A stretch of DNA of 64,000 bases from NCBI GenBank assembly GCA_951406725.2, contig OX597833.1, positions 65,100,001-65,164,000 of the forward strand, given 5' to 3'. Below are positions 1 to 15,839 of the stretch, one piece after another; the first letter of the stretch is position 1, and the number at the start of each line of letters is the position of its first letter. The notes below the pieces were generated by a model. The model did no database searches. It saw only the letters and a list, made by a program, of their open reading frames with translations, and was not told the origin of the DNA. The position numbers and the translations under genes are program-made. This DNA comes from Octopus vulgaris. Lineage: Eukaryota.

Positions 1-154
1 AAACAAACAAAAAGAACGCAGCTCTGATAAAGGACAGAGTCAACAAGTATTGAAGAGGTTGCAAGACGCGACGGAAATTTTAGCAGAATTAAGGAAGTAA
101 ATGAGTGGAAATCGAACCGGTGCGTGTGTTAATTAATAAGGCATTAAAACTGAA

Positions 155-465
155 TGTTTGTTCCTTCTCAAGCCTCACCTGGCTTATACGGCCGGTTTCC
201 CGGTTTCCCGGTTTCCTTGGCGTATAGGTTCCCTAGCTGGATGGGACGCCGGTCCGTCGCGGGTGAGCTGCAAGATGCAGGAGGAAAGAGTGAAAGAAAG
301 TCGTGGCGAAAGAGTCACCAGAAGTTCGCCATGACCTTCTGCCGGAGCCGCGTGGAGCTTAGGTGTTTTCTCTCATAAACACACACATCGCCCGGTCTGA
401 GATTCGAAACCGCGAACCCTCGACCGCGTGTCCGCTGCTCTAACCACTAGGCCATGGGCCACCAC
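155..465 (-). mobile_element. tRNA-derived SINE, family A (full length)
   Basis: The minus strand reads GTGG..TGGCCTAGTGG (A box)..GGTTTCGAATC (B box). The body is colinear with the copy at 49700-50000. Confidence 0.85.
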
Positions 466-527
466 TAAAACTGAATCACTCTATCCAGACATAATAATAC
501 ACACACACACACATACAAACACACACA

Positions 528-570
<43 letters not shown>

Positions 571-1444
571 TATGTGTCAACAGCCTGCGATAAGAGATTA
601 TTTGGTCTGTCTCGCTTCGTTTTCACACGATACACAAGAATTCGGGTGGAAATATTTGATTCTTCAATTCTCTCTAGTAATTTAGAACTTACTGAAATAT
701 CTTGTATGAACTTTATTATGGGCTGCTTCGTTACTGATCGCGACACACCATTACCAGATTACACAGCTTCCGGATTCTACACTGATAAAAATAAAATAAA
801 AACTCGCTTGTGAATCAATATTATTTTATTACAACGGCGAGATCAGAATTTCAATGAAGTTTTATCTTCGGTTACGTCATGTTATGGTAATTTTGTATTG
901 TATCAACAAACAGTAACAAATAGGAAAAAGTTGCTGCATAATTGTGAAACAATCTCCTCAGAATTACATCCGCAAACATTTCTATGTAATCTCTGTGAAG
1001 ATACAAGTGTGTATCTGTCTGTACGTTTTGGGGTGTTGGTGCGCGATTGTGTGAGAATACGCGTTGCTGTTCTTCCACTGTCTCTGTCTGTGTTTGCGAA
1101 TACTGGCTTAGTACCAGATTTTTTTGCATTGGGCATAGACAAAAAAATGTTGTCTTGTCTTCCATGTATATGTTATGTCTATAAATTGTAATGAATACGA
1201 GAGCAAATATAAGTATGAATGACGCAAACATATATTTATGTTTGTTGATGTATGTTTGTTTTAAACCCTTTTACTCGATTCGATAACATCAACATTCATA
1301 TTCATACTTACATGTGAGTAGGTGTGTGTGTGTGATAGTGTGTGTGTGTATTATGTATGTATGTATGTATGTGTGTGCGTTCGTGTGTGTATGTGTGTAT
1401 GCACGTTAGCATATATGAAAATGAGATTAAGAGGTTACACATGG

Positions 1445-1520
<76 letters not shown>

Positions 1521-1698
1521 ATATATATTGAAAAATTAAGGAGAGAATGGTTAGAGAATTTTCCTTCTCCATACATATGCGTATATATATTAATATATAT
1601 TTGTGTGAGTGTGTATGTGTGTGAGTGTGGGTTTATGTGTGTGTGACTGTGTGTATGTATGTTAACATATATAAAAATACGATTAATGGGCCCCACGG

Positions 1699-2120
<422 letters not shown>

Positions 2121-3590
2121 ATGTACCCGTGAGTAGTCCCTTAATATTATTTTTATATGCAATCTTCTTAACTTCATTGGAGCCACAGCACTGGTCGTGT
2201 AAAACTATGGATGGTTTTTTTTCTGCCACACACGTCTTTTGCCACTTCCCGTACAAAATATTTGAAAATCCTCGAGATGGTCCTAAATGGAACCTTCGAC
2301 TATAGATTTATTGATCATAGCCGATTTAGAACTAAACAACTAAAAAAAGAAAAAGAAAAGGAAAACATAATTATGAAGAATTTAATAGCAAACGTGATGA
2401 GACTGGTTATCTTAATCAACGATCGGAAGTTTCCCGGAGCGCTACGGTCGCCGACAATATTTCAATATTTATGAATATTTAAAACATAATTACAAGAAAC
2501 TTCCCCTTGCCTTTCCCTGCCTTCCTGGATTCCATATCATGGTAAGCGTATGTGTAGACTATATAGAAATGTCGTGCTTCAAAACACTGAAAGTATAATC
2601 CCATGTTTGCGTTTCCAACGGAGCTCCGCCTCATCAGGCGATGTGTGCGATACCTTAATAATGATATCGTAGCACCTGTTCTCTTTAAAAATTCTCGCTT
2701 TGATCAGAATCTATAATTTGTGTAGTAATTACACGGAAGACAAGGAGACTAGATTCTGCGTTGATGTGTCGGTTCTTCATACCAAAATCTCTTTGGTCAT
2801 TAAGCACATAATTTATTTAACTCATCACGTGATAGCAAGTAATACATTGTCAAAATTGGTAGAGCGACGGTCACAAGATTTTGTGGTATTTATTTAATTA
2901 TGGAACTCTATATACCAAGTTCTAAATACGGCGCAGTCAAACATCCTTGATATTCGTCTCTGTGTTCGTGAAACAATGCGCCAAGGGTTCAATCTATTTA
3001 ATTGCTGGAGACAGGCGTTAAATAGTAAAAAATATTGGTGAAACTCAGGCAATATGGTTGTTGTCTAGTACAGATAGATGTGACCGGGTGACACCGTAGT
3101 AGGAGGTTGAGAGGCGGGGTACTATGCTAAGAGAAGTAAAGATGAGCTAGGAGGAAAGAATGACGCGGTAGAAGGACGAGGTGATACTTGGGGGAGCGGT
3201 GTAGCAGCTTATCGAGGGGGAGACCAAAGGCTAAGAGTGAAAGATGGTAGAATACGACCCAAAAACCTTCGGGGTTTTCCCAAACGAGGATTTCCAAAGA
3301 CCTCATCTCTGCTCACTATTCATATATATATATATATATATATATACATTAATACCTCTGTTTCTTGTCATCTTTAAGGTTGTTTTTTTTTATAGTTTTA
3401 ATATTTATAAATATTTTTTAAAAATACATTTTATTATTTTGAAATATTTTAAAATACTTTTTTCACTTTTCGTTTTTCGTTGTTCATTCTTTAATTTCTC
3501 AATTTTTCATTTTGTCAGTTCTCCACGTTTTTCTCTTTGTTATACTATTCTCCTATCTTTCATTCTTAGCCTTCCTAAGGTATTTTTCGA

Positions 3591-3647
<57 letters not shown>

Positions 3648-4194
3648 GATTATTATTATTATTATTAATCTCACAGCCTGGAATCGAAAAATACCTTAGG
3701 AATGAGAACCCAGGTTCGAAATTTCCCCAAGACACCTGATGAGGACAAATATCCGTCAAATGTAATTAATTTAAATAATGTACGTAATCCCTCATGTCTT
3801 AAATATAGAACTGTACTACAAAAAACTGTTCCCATGGATGTTACTTAGATCTTAGAAAGCATTTTTCAAACTGAAAATACCTCATAATTTTATTAACTCT
3901 CTCAAAGCTGAAATATTATAAATTTAGCAGCATCTTAGTACTCCGATTCGTAAAATGTATCATTGACTACCAATCATAAACAATACCCAGAATGAAACGT
4001 CTGACTTTCTGCTACCTGAGGTCTCAAGGTGAGACATATAACAGCTCGTATATAACAAAGCAACGGCATTAATAATAATAATAATAATAACAAAAACAAT
4101 AACAACAGCAACAACAACAATCATAATAATAATATAAATGATTATGATCATCATAATTATCATCATTATTATAGTTATAAGGGTAGTAACAAAG

Positions 4195-4242
4195 ATGACG
4201 ATGATTGATGATAACGATGACGATGACGACGACGACGATGGC

Positions 4243-4319
<77 letters not shown>

Positions 4320-4432
4320 CGACGACGACGATGATGATGATGATGATGATGACGATGATGATGATGATGATGATGATGACGATGATGATGATGACGATGA
4401 TGATGATGACGACGACGACGACGACGACTATG
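4195..4432. repeat. (GAT/GAC)n microsatellite
   Basis: Direct reading; explains the poly-D, poly-M and poly-I ORFs. Confidence 0.97.
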
Positions 4433-4606
4433 ATATGATAAGTTACTTTATCGAAATAAATTATTTTAATGCGCGAAGTAGGAATACTTCTTCGTTTTTT
4501 GCCAATATTCTCGTATAAGTACATTAGTTACCAAAATTAGTAAACAGTTCATTTCTGCGACATCATCTCCCTCTCTTTATTCCCGTTCTGCCTCCACACA
4601 CACACA

Positions 4607-4666
<60 letters not shown>

Positions 4667-4814
4667 AAAGTTCTCTTCATCGCCTCAGCAAATTCATTAT
4701 TCAACTCCCATCTTGTATGTATTTGCAGACCTTCCCATTACTGCTGTTAGTTTCATCATACGCCGGTATTTCAACTTATCAATGTTTCGCATTGCCCTGT
4801 TATTTCCGTTACTC

Positions 4815-5530
4815 TAGGCACAGGAATAGCTGTGTGGTAAAACGCTTGCTTCTCAACCATAGGTTTCCAGGTTCAAAATCTTTACCGGCATTTCGTTCGG
4901 CTTTACGTTTCGCATTCAACTTATTCCGAGGACGCCTTCGACTTAAATCTATAAAATAAGTACCTGTTCAGCAGTGGGGTCGATGTCATCCACTTCATGG
5001 AAACCAAATGTTTCTAGTTTCATTCCCACTGCGTGTCAATTTGGGCAAGTGTCTTCTACAGAAGCCCCGGGCGGACCGAAGCCTTCTGATTGGTTTTGGT
5101 ATACGGAAACTGAAAGAAGCCCGTCGTATATATCTGTCGCTCGAAGATTCTAAATTCTTATAATATAGGCATCGTTTGTCTTTTACCATTTTTATTATTT
5201 CAGTCATTAGTCTGCGGTGATGCTGGGGTTTAGTCGTAAAAATCTACTACAGTCATTCTTTAAAAAAAGGTCTGGTCTTTGTTCCACCGTTCCCTTTCTG
5301 CTGAACCGCTATGTCTATGTGTTTCTTTGTGTTTATGATTGTCTTCTATCACAGCTTAATAACCGTTGATGGTGAATTCACATTCCTCGTAACTTAACGG
5401 TAAGGCAAAAGACACTAATGAAATAAGTATCAGACTTAAAATACAAGTACAGGGATCGATTCATTCGACAAAAAATTCTTCAAGACGGTGCTCCAGTATG
5501 GCCGCGGGCTAACGATAAAAGATAAAAAGA
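4815..5530. mobile_element. Cluster of old SINE fragments (families C and N, both strands)
   Basis: Diverged matches to family C motifs (gggcaagtgtcttcta, cggaaactgaaagaagcccgtcg, ggtgctccagtatggccgc) and to family N motifs. Confidence 0.75.
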
Positions 5531-5611
5531 TTCTCACTAAGAAAGGAAATGTTTACATTTATAAAAGCACTGACTGTCCACCGACAGAATATAGTGCTAA
5601 TGAATATTTAA

Positions 5612-5820
5612 AGGAAGGTGTCGAGCAGGCAGAAACTTTAGCAAGCCGGGCGAAATGCTTAGCGGTATTTCGTCTGTCTTTACGTTCTGAGTTTACATTC
5701 CATCGTGGTCGGCTTTGCCTTTCATCCTTTCGAAAAATTAAGTACCAGTTGCATACTGAGGTCGATCTAAGCGACTGGCCCCCTCCCCCAAAATTTCGAG
5801 CTTTGTCCCTAGAGTAGAAA
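5612..5820 (+). mobile_element. SINE family N (Nin/Deu-like central domain)
   Basis: Contains gcagaaac..tagc..gcggtatttcgtctg..ctttgcctttcatcctttcg..aagtaccagtt. Confidence 0.8.
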
Positions 5821-6376
5821 ATAATAAATATTTAACAGAAAACAGTAGGAAGGTCTTTTCCCCCTTGTTAGATAGAACACATACCGTCTTGTCACATATA
5901 CCATAACGGGAGCTATTATACCTACCATTATGTGACTAAATCCATACTGCATTAAGAGATGAAGTAGTTTAATTATTAACACCGGCTGATGAGAAACACA
6001 TACTTCGAAACAGAAATTTCACAACGGAATGACTTATTACGATGTAAGATCACACCCACTTCTACTACATCATTTCAATGTTTCATTAATGTCATAGCCA
6101 TAAATAATTTATGAACTAAATATGAATATTTACTGGGCATTTGATAATACCTCGTTATCTATAATTGTAGTGAACACGTTTGAATGCATAGAGGTGCCTT
6201 GTTAGAGAGATTATACGTACATGTACATACATATAAAGATGTAAGGGTGGGTAGGTAGGTGTGCGAATGTATATAATTCCATTCGGCACAGGATACTGTA
6301 TACTTTTGTTGTTCATTTAGGTTATCTCTGTTATATATATGAGTGCATATATGCGGACGTTTATATACATACATAC

Positions 6377-6432
<56 letters not shown>

Positions 6433-6568
6433 AGACATAGATAAATCAGTTCAGAAACACACATGCACGTACATACATAAACACACACAAAAACACACAC
6501 ACACACACAGCACACACACAAACACACACACAAATACACACACCACACACACACACACATATATATAT

Positions 6569-6654
<86 letters not shown>

Positions 6655-6769
6655 TCATACACATACACATATATCCAGTCTCATTTCGATAGACATACAT
6701 ACATATATACATACATACAAACATACATATATATACATACATACATACATACAAACAAACATACATACA

Positions 6770-6803
<34 letters not shown>

Positions 6804-7415
6804 CATACATATATACATATATACATACATGTATACATACAAACATCCATACATATATACATAGATTTATGGTAACAGTATATATGATATAAAGTCTGGA
6901 AACGTTATTACTGACATATCTCTTTCAACACCTACGCTTCTTCAAACTCCTTTATGAATATAATGAAAGTGATTTGAGATTGAAAGCAAATTTTGCGCAA
7001 TATATTTCGTTGAATAATTCAAAACGTCAGAGATAGAAACAGAAACAGCGTGGCACATACGCAGCTCCTGTAGGCGGTAGGATGACTTCCCACACGCACA
7101 CGCATGCTCACAGATGCTCACATGGGTATAAAGTAACTTTTAAATCAGAGACATACAAACACATACACGGTTAGAAAGCAACAGCTATGTGGAAGCACGT
7201 ACACGCACGTAATCAAACGCATATACACACACTAGCACACAGACGCGTACACGTACACGTACACGTAGACGCATATGTAAATAGACACACATAGCATACA
7301 AGCACACGGTAACGCATACACACATATATGTGTGTTTGTGTACAGATATGTATATTATATGCGAGCGTATATGAGTTAACACACACACACATATATATAT
7401 ATATATATTTATCTA

Positions 7416-7472
<57 letters not shown>

Positions 7473-7719
7473 GTACATATATGCATATATATACAGATAT
7501 ATGTAGATAGATAATACATATACATATACATATGTATTCACTTCTATATACAATATATATATGTATATATATGCTGTTTGCACACACACACAATTACATA
7601 CATACATACATACATGTGTATATATATATACATACACACATGTATATATACACATATATATATATATATACATACATATATATATATATATATATACATA
7701 TATGTATATATATATATAT

Positions 7720-7760
<41 letters not shown>

Positions 7761-8133
7761 AATATTAGAGAAAAGAGTGTGCTGCGCACAGGGTTTGGGG
7801 TGTGTGTGATTATATCGACGTATCCTAAACTATATTTATTTTGCTATATGACATCAAATATCATGTATGATTTAAATATTCAATATAAGAGTCAATATAG
7901 ATTCAATGGTTGAAATAATTTTATTGGAAATGGCATGACGTTCGCAGGTAAATGAAGAATCCTGGTTTGTTGTTTGCTACACCTAACTATTGTAAGTCAT
8001 TGATATAATGTGCGTATATTACAGAGCGTGGTGAAGCGTAACAAAGGGTTACATGTAATTTCTCGTAATTATACATACAGGTATGTATATATATTTATTA
8101 TTGTGTATATGCATATGCCTTTATGAATGTATG

Positions 8134-8171
<38 letters not shown>

Positions 8172-8264
8172 AATTTATACATATATATGTATAAATATAT
8201 ACATTTAAATATATGTGTATATATATACATATATATGTATATATATATACATTTAAATATATGC

Positions 8265-8299
<35 letters not shown>

Positions 8300-8334
8300 C
8301 ATATGTATAAATATACTCATATTCTTATCTTTTC

Positions 8335-8486
8335 CATTCTTTACTTGTTTCATTTATTTGACTGCGACCATGCTGGGGCATCGGCTTTAATCGTGCGAAT
8401 CGATAAGCCTAGAACTTATTCTATCGGTCTCTTTTGCCGAACTGCTAGGTTACGGAGACGTATACACACGAGCGCCATATATATAT

Positions 8487-8566
<80 letters not shown>

Positions 8567-8720
8567 CGGGCTTCTTTCGTCTCCGTCTACAAAATCCACT
8601 CACAAGGATTTGGTCGGCCCGATGCTATAGTAGAAAACACTTACCCAGGTGCCACGCATTGGGACTCAAACTGAATCCATGTGGTTGGTAAGCAAGCTAC
8701 TTAGAACACAACCACTCCTC
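8335..8720 (-). mobile_element. SINE family C (CORE-like) with internal (TA)/(CA) microsatellite
   Basis: Reverse complement of the head and tail of the full copy at 50351-50808. Confidence 0.8.
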
Positions 8721-9207
8721 TGTGTGTGTGTGTGTGTATGTATGTGTGTGTGTGTATGTATGTGTGTGTGTGTGTGTTTTATATTCTGTTGTGTTAAACA
8801 CTATTTTAAAGTAACATGATTGGTTACTCTATACCTTTGTAAAGAACAAATTTACTAATCTTAAACAAGAATGCTGTTGACAGTGACTTCGAAATTTCCG
8901 AAATTTGACTTCCGAAATTTTCTAGTAGACTTGACACTATTCATTAATTGGTGTGCATTCAAAGCAATGATTAGTAAATTTACGAAACCAGTATGCTTTT
9001 AAATCTTTAACAATTCACAATAATGACTTTTAGTACTTTTATTCCTACGACAGTTCATCTAATTGTATATATCTAGCGTTACTTTTCAAAAAAAGCCATT
9101 ATTTTTGTGATTTCCAATGTGAATTTTCGCTTATATTTCTTCATACTTTCCACTTACATTTCCACGTATAGTTTCAATTTTCTTTTTGTAACATTTCTAT
9201 TGTGTGT

Positions 9208-9280
<73 letters not shown>

Positions 9281-9464
9281 TCTTTAATATGGGTTGGAAA
9301 AATTATATAAAGATTGTCTCACATTCCAGGGCGTTAAACTAATACACCTGTTTTTTTATTTATACACCTATCTTCATCTTTTGTTTTTCTGTAAATTTCA
9401 ACTGTATATGTATCGATCTATATAACTATATCTATCTATCTATCTATATATCTATCTATCTATC

Positions 9465-9511
<47 letters not shown>

Positions 9512-10609
9512 ATATATATATATATATATAACATATCGCTGTCGGCATTTTATATGTTGAGGATATAATGAGTGATAAATTTTTTGCTTATTATGTCAAG
9601 TCACTATTAATATATGATGTATATATGTATATATATATATGCGTGTGTGTGTATGTATGTGTGTGTCAATGTCTGTATGGAAGACGATATATACAGCCTT
9701 ATTGGTAGTTATATAAAACAATATGTATGTATACGTGAATACGAAGATGTCTCATAACTGATTTTTCTAATTGTTTCAAACATTAATATAAAGGCCAGAC
9801 GATAATAAATTAACTTTAAATGGAGGTTGACTTCAGTGTAGAATAGAACCAGTTGTTTTGTCGCGAAAGCCAGGGTAATTTAGATTCTTCTAACAAAGAA
9901 ACAGGTGATGAGTCTAAAAATCTTCCGTCATCACCACTTTATCACTTCATTATCTCTAAAAGCTTAATTTCATTCTTCAGCCTGTTTTGCATTTTCTTCC
10001 TTATAATCTGACCACGAAGACAGAATTGTAATTTATAATCCGCCTGACCTTTGCTTTTGGTCAATTTCGTTATTTCTGTATTTGGTATTGAGATTATAAT
10101 TGTATTTTATCTATAATTATAGCTATGGGTTCTGTTATGTGCGTAAACTGCTGGAAATTACACCCAGATTTGTATATGCATTGTTGCAACGAGTGAAATG
10201 ATAGGATCTAACGAAGGATTGATATAGACAATCACTTGAGGAGGCATATTTTACTCCTTGAATGGAATATAATGATTATACAGCATCTCATCTGTATACT
10301 ACGATTGTAAAACGGCGCCGAAATAATTATAGTGATTATAAAATATGATCCTCATTCATTCTACTTTTCGTCATCATAGTCATCCTCATCATTTCTCTCT
10401 CTCACTCTCTCTCTCTCTCTTCCCAGTCGTTTATCTCCCCTGTACATTTCTCTTTGTCTCTGGTTTTTTCTAATCTTTCAATCTCGTTGTCACCTACCCA
10501 TCTCTCCTCCTTCCACGTGACCGGTGTCTGGCCAGCCATGATCTTCCTTTCTTGGCCTGACTGTCGACCGCCAGAACCACTTGTGATCATCTCCCATAGG
10601 CTTACACTT

Positions 10610-11191
10610 CATACGGGCCAGCTCGAATTAAATGGACACCTTTAATTTTCAAAATTTCTGATCTAAGCATCTTAATATGTTTTCAGCGGTGTAGAATGTA
10701 CAAAGCAATTATTCTTTTTCATTCCAGGTGCCATTATATTAAACATTTGCGAAGAGTAACCATGCCACGCACAAACAATTTAGCAGAACTGTCAGCTTTT
10801 CAAAGAGGTCGTATTGTTGGGCAATCTCAGTCTGCTCTTAGCCAGCAAAAAATTGCCGAAAATCTTCAAATTCCTTTTGCTACTGTTAACAGAATTATTG
10901 TGCAATTCAAAAGCCAAGGAAAATAATCAACGGATTCTCGTCCCAGCAGACCTGGGCCCTCGTAAACGAAGCTTCGCTGTTTGAAGATAATTGTGGGAAA
11001 CGAACACCGTTCGAAGGCTTCTGACATTGCAAAACAGCTAGAAATCAGTCCAAGAACATGTGTTACATATCTGCATAAGCTTGGGTATTAAGGACAAGCA
11101 TCTAGAAGAAAACCTCTCCTTCAACCAATTAATATCAAATAAAAGATTTTGAAAATTAAAGGTGTCTCTTTACTTCCTACATGTCTGTGTA
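10610..11191 (+). mobile_element. Internally deleted Tc1-family DNA transposon (N-terminal HTH of transposase, pseudogenised)
   Basis: The TIR core gacacctttaattttcaaaat is present at both ends in inverted orientation. From ATG 10762 it reads [57 protein letters not shown] with stops. There is no DDE domain. Confidence 0.85.
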
Positions 11192-11524
11192 CATAGATAC
11201 GTACATACATTAGAGCCGATTTTTCTACAGTTCATTCATCAGAGACGGTGAAATAAAATATTTGAGTTTGAATTATTGTAGAAAAGATAGGGAATATAGA
11301 AGGAAATAGAGAATGAATGTATAAATAAGATATATAAAGATATTTAGTTGCAGTTCCATTACTCGATGAAAATGGTGTACAGAAGTAGTAGAAAAGGTAA
11401 AAAAAAAAGTTTCCTGTACATGCTGTGTAAGATCCAATAGCAGTTCATATTTAGTTATTTCAATGCATGGAGCTGTGGAGTCAGTGTTGCTCGTTCGAAA
11501 GTGTTTTGTGATGTGAAAATGTGC

Positions 11525-11706
11525 CATGATAGATCGCTAGCCACTACACATTCTTTATTTTCTCTCCTGTTTCATTCTGTGTTCCTTTCTGTGGAAGAGC
11601 GAAGGTTCGAAACGTTAAAGACCTTTTCACTTCCCGAGCGTTAAACAAATTCATCTGTTTGTTGTCTACACCACCTGTCTTCGTCTTTTTCTTTTTTTGT
11701 GAATTC
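11525..11706 (+). mobile_element. Family H1 element with minimal hammerhead motif (11585-11620)
   Basis: Reads CTTT-CTGTGGA-A-GAGC-GAAG-GTTC-GAA-ACGT-T-AAAG; stem I is CTTT/AAAG. Confidence 0.65.
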
Positions 11707-11760
11707 TCTCTCTCTCTCTCTCCGTCTCTCTCTCTGTCTCTCTCTACACACATATATATA

Positions 11761-11825
<65 letters not shown>

Positions 11826-11843
11826 ATGAATGCATGTATGTAC

Positions 11844-11880
<37 letters not shown>

Positions 11881-11888
11881 TATATGTT

Positions 11889-11921
<33 letters not shown>

Positions 11922-11965
11922 GTATACATATATACATATACATATATTGATATTTAAATATATAG

Positions 11966-12012
<47 letters not shown>

Positions 12013-12744
12013 GATATACACACACAACCATTAAATAAGTTAAGTAAGATATATATTATATTTATGTGTAAGTTTGTGTGTGTGTGTGAGTGGGTGCTTG
12101 CGGGTGTCTGTGTCCCATAATGTCAATAGCGTAATTTATATTGGATATTTTTCTCTTCGAACTCGCTCTACATAAATTCCCAATTTCAATTGATCAATAA
12201 TTAATAAATATTTGCTCATAATGCAGGAAAATAAACTTTTATCATTCAACTGATATACCGTTTTTTTTTTTTTATTTTGTTATTATGTCAGTTTTCGATT
12301 CTTCAAAACAGAATTATTCTGCCAAAATTCAATTTTCAAAAATCTATTTATCTTAAACCATATTATATAAAATTATCTGCTTTGGTCTGAATTAATATGT
12401 TACATAACATATATTCTCTATACCGGAGTAAAACCACATTATTATGCTATAATGTGTATGTCATATATCTGCAATATAACAGGTAAAAATATACGGAATA
12501 GTGGTGAGGTTTTATGACTGGTGCTCAATACGTGGCCTCGGCCAGTGCGTTTTATCCATGAGAAGTTCATTTCATTCCACGTTCCTCTAGTCCAGTCCAT
12601 GAGAATGGCCACTTCTCTCTCTCTAACACGCATACACACACACTTCCCCTCTTTGTTTCACTCTATTCCACTATATTTCTCACTCTTCCACAATGTGTTA
12701 ATTATTTAAAGATACCAAGCATTTAAATTTTGACAAAGAAATAT

Positions 12745-13092
12745 GTGGTGGCACTCTGTCGGTTACGACGACGGGGGTTCTGGTTCATTCCATTAACAGA
12801 ACAGCCTGTTCGTGTAATTAACGTGCAAGTGGTTGAGCACTCCACAGACACGTTTACGCTTAACGTAGTTCTCGAAGAGATTCAACGTGACACAGAGTGT
12901 GACAAGGGTGGCCCTTCGAAATACATGTACAACAGAAACAGGAAGAGAAAGTGAGAGAAAGATGTGGTGAAAGAGTCGGAGCCTTATGTATTTTCGCTCA
13001 GTAAACACTACCAACGCTCGGTCTGGGAATCAAAACCGCGATCCTACAACCGCGAGTCCGCTGCCCTAACCACTGGGCCATTGCGCCTCCAC
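12745..13092 (-). mobile_element. tRNA-derived SINE, family A head with a different 3' body (family B)
   Basis: A box TGGCCCAGTGG and B-box-like GGTTTTGATTCC; the 3' part ends ccgtcgtcgtaaccgacagagtgcc. Confidence 0.8.
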
Positions 13093-13124
13093 ACTAGTTA
13101 GCATAAATCCACTTATTGTCCCCC

Positions 13125-13330
13125 CGAAGGTGCGCTTGTAGGTGGTAAGGGCATTCGGCTCACGATCATAATTTCATGAGTTCGATACCCAGCTTTGTCG
13201 AATTCTGTGTCACGCTGAATCTCCATGTGAACTATGTTATGGGTACGCGTGTCAGTGGAGTTTTCAGCCACTTGCACATTAATTTCTTGAACAGGCTGTA
13301 TTCTCCCCGTCGTAACTGACGGAACGACAA
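13125..13330 (+). mobile_element. Diverged family B SINE, head-to-head with the previous copy
   Basis: Shares ctgtgtcacg.tgaatctc..gtggag..ccacttgcac.ttaatt..aacaggctg..cgtcgtaac with the previous copy. Confidence 0.7.
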
Positions 13331-14274
13331 TTGTTATTGCAGGAACTTACCACTATAAATATTTAAATCCGCGAAAGTATATGAGCAGAATATTTTAGTC
13401 TGTGTTGGTTTCTTCACTCAATAGTCGACGATAAAATAGTTTGAAAAGATAACACAGATTGTATCGATTCCTATACATAGATTTTCTTCATGTCATCGAC
13501 TGTAAAATTTTGGAAAAAGACCATTGACAGCTGAAAGGTATGAAATACGTTACTTTTGACTTGCTAGAAGGTACTACATCACTTTATTTCATCTGTAACA
13601 GAAGGATGAAAAGTAAACTTCAACCCAATATTGAATTCACTGTAGGTGTCTTGGAAGTGGTGAAATCCTAAGAGCTTTGACTATAAGGGATTGTACTAAT
13701 TCACCGTTGCTTATATTTTTTGTTCAATGCTAAGAGATGTGAAATTTTATTTATTGTATATTGTTGTAGGATTGAAAAATTAAAGTCCTTGCATATATAT
13801 AGCGGTACGTAAGCCGACTCAAGAAATATGTACTGAGAGATTTTATTGAGGTATCTGAAGAGACCCAGAACGGGTGGAAACATGTGTTGTAACCAGTAAA
13901 GTCTTTTACACATTCCATCTCCTATTTTATTAATACTGCTACCCCAACCGCAACTGGTAATCGAAACTGTGCTGAGGCTTTACTATCATCCATTTATAAC
14001 TTTTCTACAGTTTCTCTATTATATATATATATATATATATATATATCCTTTGGAGAACATCGGTGGTGTGGAGTGGGAAGGGTGCTATGCATGTGCGAGT
14101 GTTGGTCTTTCATAAACAACCTTGCCCGAACTTGTGCCTCGGACGGGGAGAATTCTATGTGCAATGCCATGGTCATTCATGACCGAAGGGGGTCTCGCAA
14201 TATATATATATATTGCTAGCCGTTGTATATACGTCTTCCGTGGTCTTCCAGCCGCTGTGTGGTACCATGATTTT

Positions 14275-14652
<378 letters not shown>

Positions 14653-15688
14653 GCGTGTGAATATGTTTTCCATACTGATATCTGATGGCATGCATTTAAA
14701 CGTGTATAAATTCGGTCAGCTTAGTTTGCATGTGCAGAAAATGTGTGAATATATGTGAAGAGCATGTGTAGGAATTTCAAATGAGACTCAAAAATCAAAA
14801 GAATAAAATATAAAATCTGAAAAAAAAAAAAAACAGACAAGCAAAAAAAAAACGATCAAAGAAAAGCAAAAAAAAAAATAAATGAATAAAATATTAAGAT
14901 CAAATTAATTTGAATACAAGAAGAAGAAGAAGAAGAAGAAGAAGAAATGACAAAACGCCAATATATACAACCTTTATCTGTAATAATTAATATACACGGC
15001 CACTACATTCGTAAAGCTGATAATAAATTGAAATTCAGAAATGTCTATCACAATTGATAATTTCTCACACGAAAGAATTTCTCAAAGACATTTTTTCCAA
15101 GATTAAAATGTTAAAAATGAATATAAAATCACAAAATAAATATATTAGTGATTTAAAGTTTAAAATAATGAAGACATTTTGATTGCAACTCTGATTTTTC
15201 TATGGACGTTAAACCGTGTTGATGGTCATGAAGTCAGCTTTTAGTTTAATATTTTGTTTGTTGTTGATTTTGCTTTTTATTTCTACACCTTTCGTTTAGA
15301 TCTGTAAGATATTATCATGGCGTATAAAGCTAGATTATTTCTAATCTATAATTAGAATTACAAATTCTATTTCTGCCTTCAGACATTGGTGTAAATGAAT
15401 TCAACTATCATTTAAGAAACGATAACAACAAAACAAAAAGAAGAAAAAAATTAAAAAGTAGAAAATATACTCATTTTTCCTGTGTAGGTATGTATGTACG
15501 GACATAGAAAGAAATACGCACAAACACACGCAAACACATATGTGAGTATACATAGATAGATACATACACACACACACACACACGCACATATATATATATA
15601 TATATTCATATTCACATAGACAAATACGTTTTTTCATATATATATATATGTGTATTTATATATTTATATATATGAGTATGTATATATT

Positions 15689-15730
<42 letters not shown>

Positions 15731-15792
15731 CATATATACATATATACATATACATATATATACATATACATATGTATACACACATATATATA

Positions 15793-15839
<47 letters not shown>

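Noticed and set aside
385-465. tRNA genes (also 13015-13092, 49700-49775, 53550-53627, 56903-56978)
   Set aside because: The A and B boxes continue into SINE bodies, so these are SINE heads rather than tRNA genes.
872-1231. Overlapping 80-119-aa ORFs in non-repetitive sequence
   Set aside because: No recognisable motif or splice evidence; the lengths are compatible with chance.
2605-2645. Minus-strand CTGATGA..GAAAC hammerhead-like motif
   Set aside because: Stem II is present, but there is no stem I and no valid stem III or UH site; at most a decayed relic.
3730-3765. CCTGATGAGGAC possible hammerhead start
   Set aside because: There is no downstream GAAA half; it is probably a deleted repeat.
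5981-6028. CTGATGA-GAA..TTC-GAAA hammerhead-like motif
   Set aside because: The core and a 3-bp stem II are present, but stems I and III cannot be formed convincingly.
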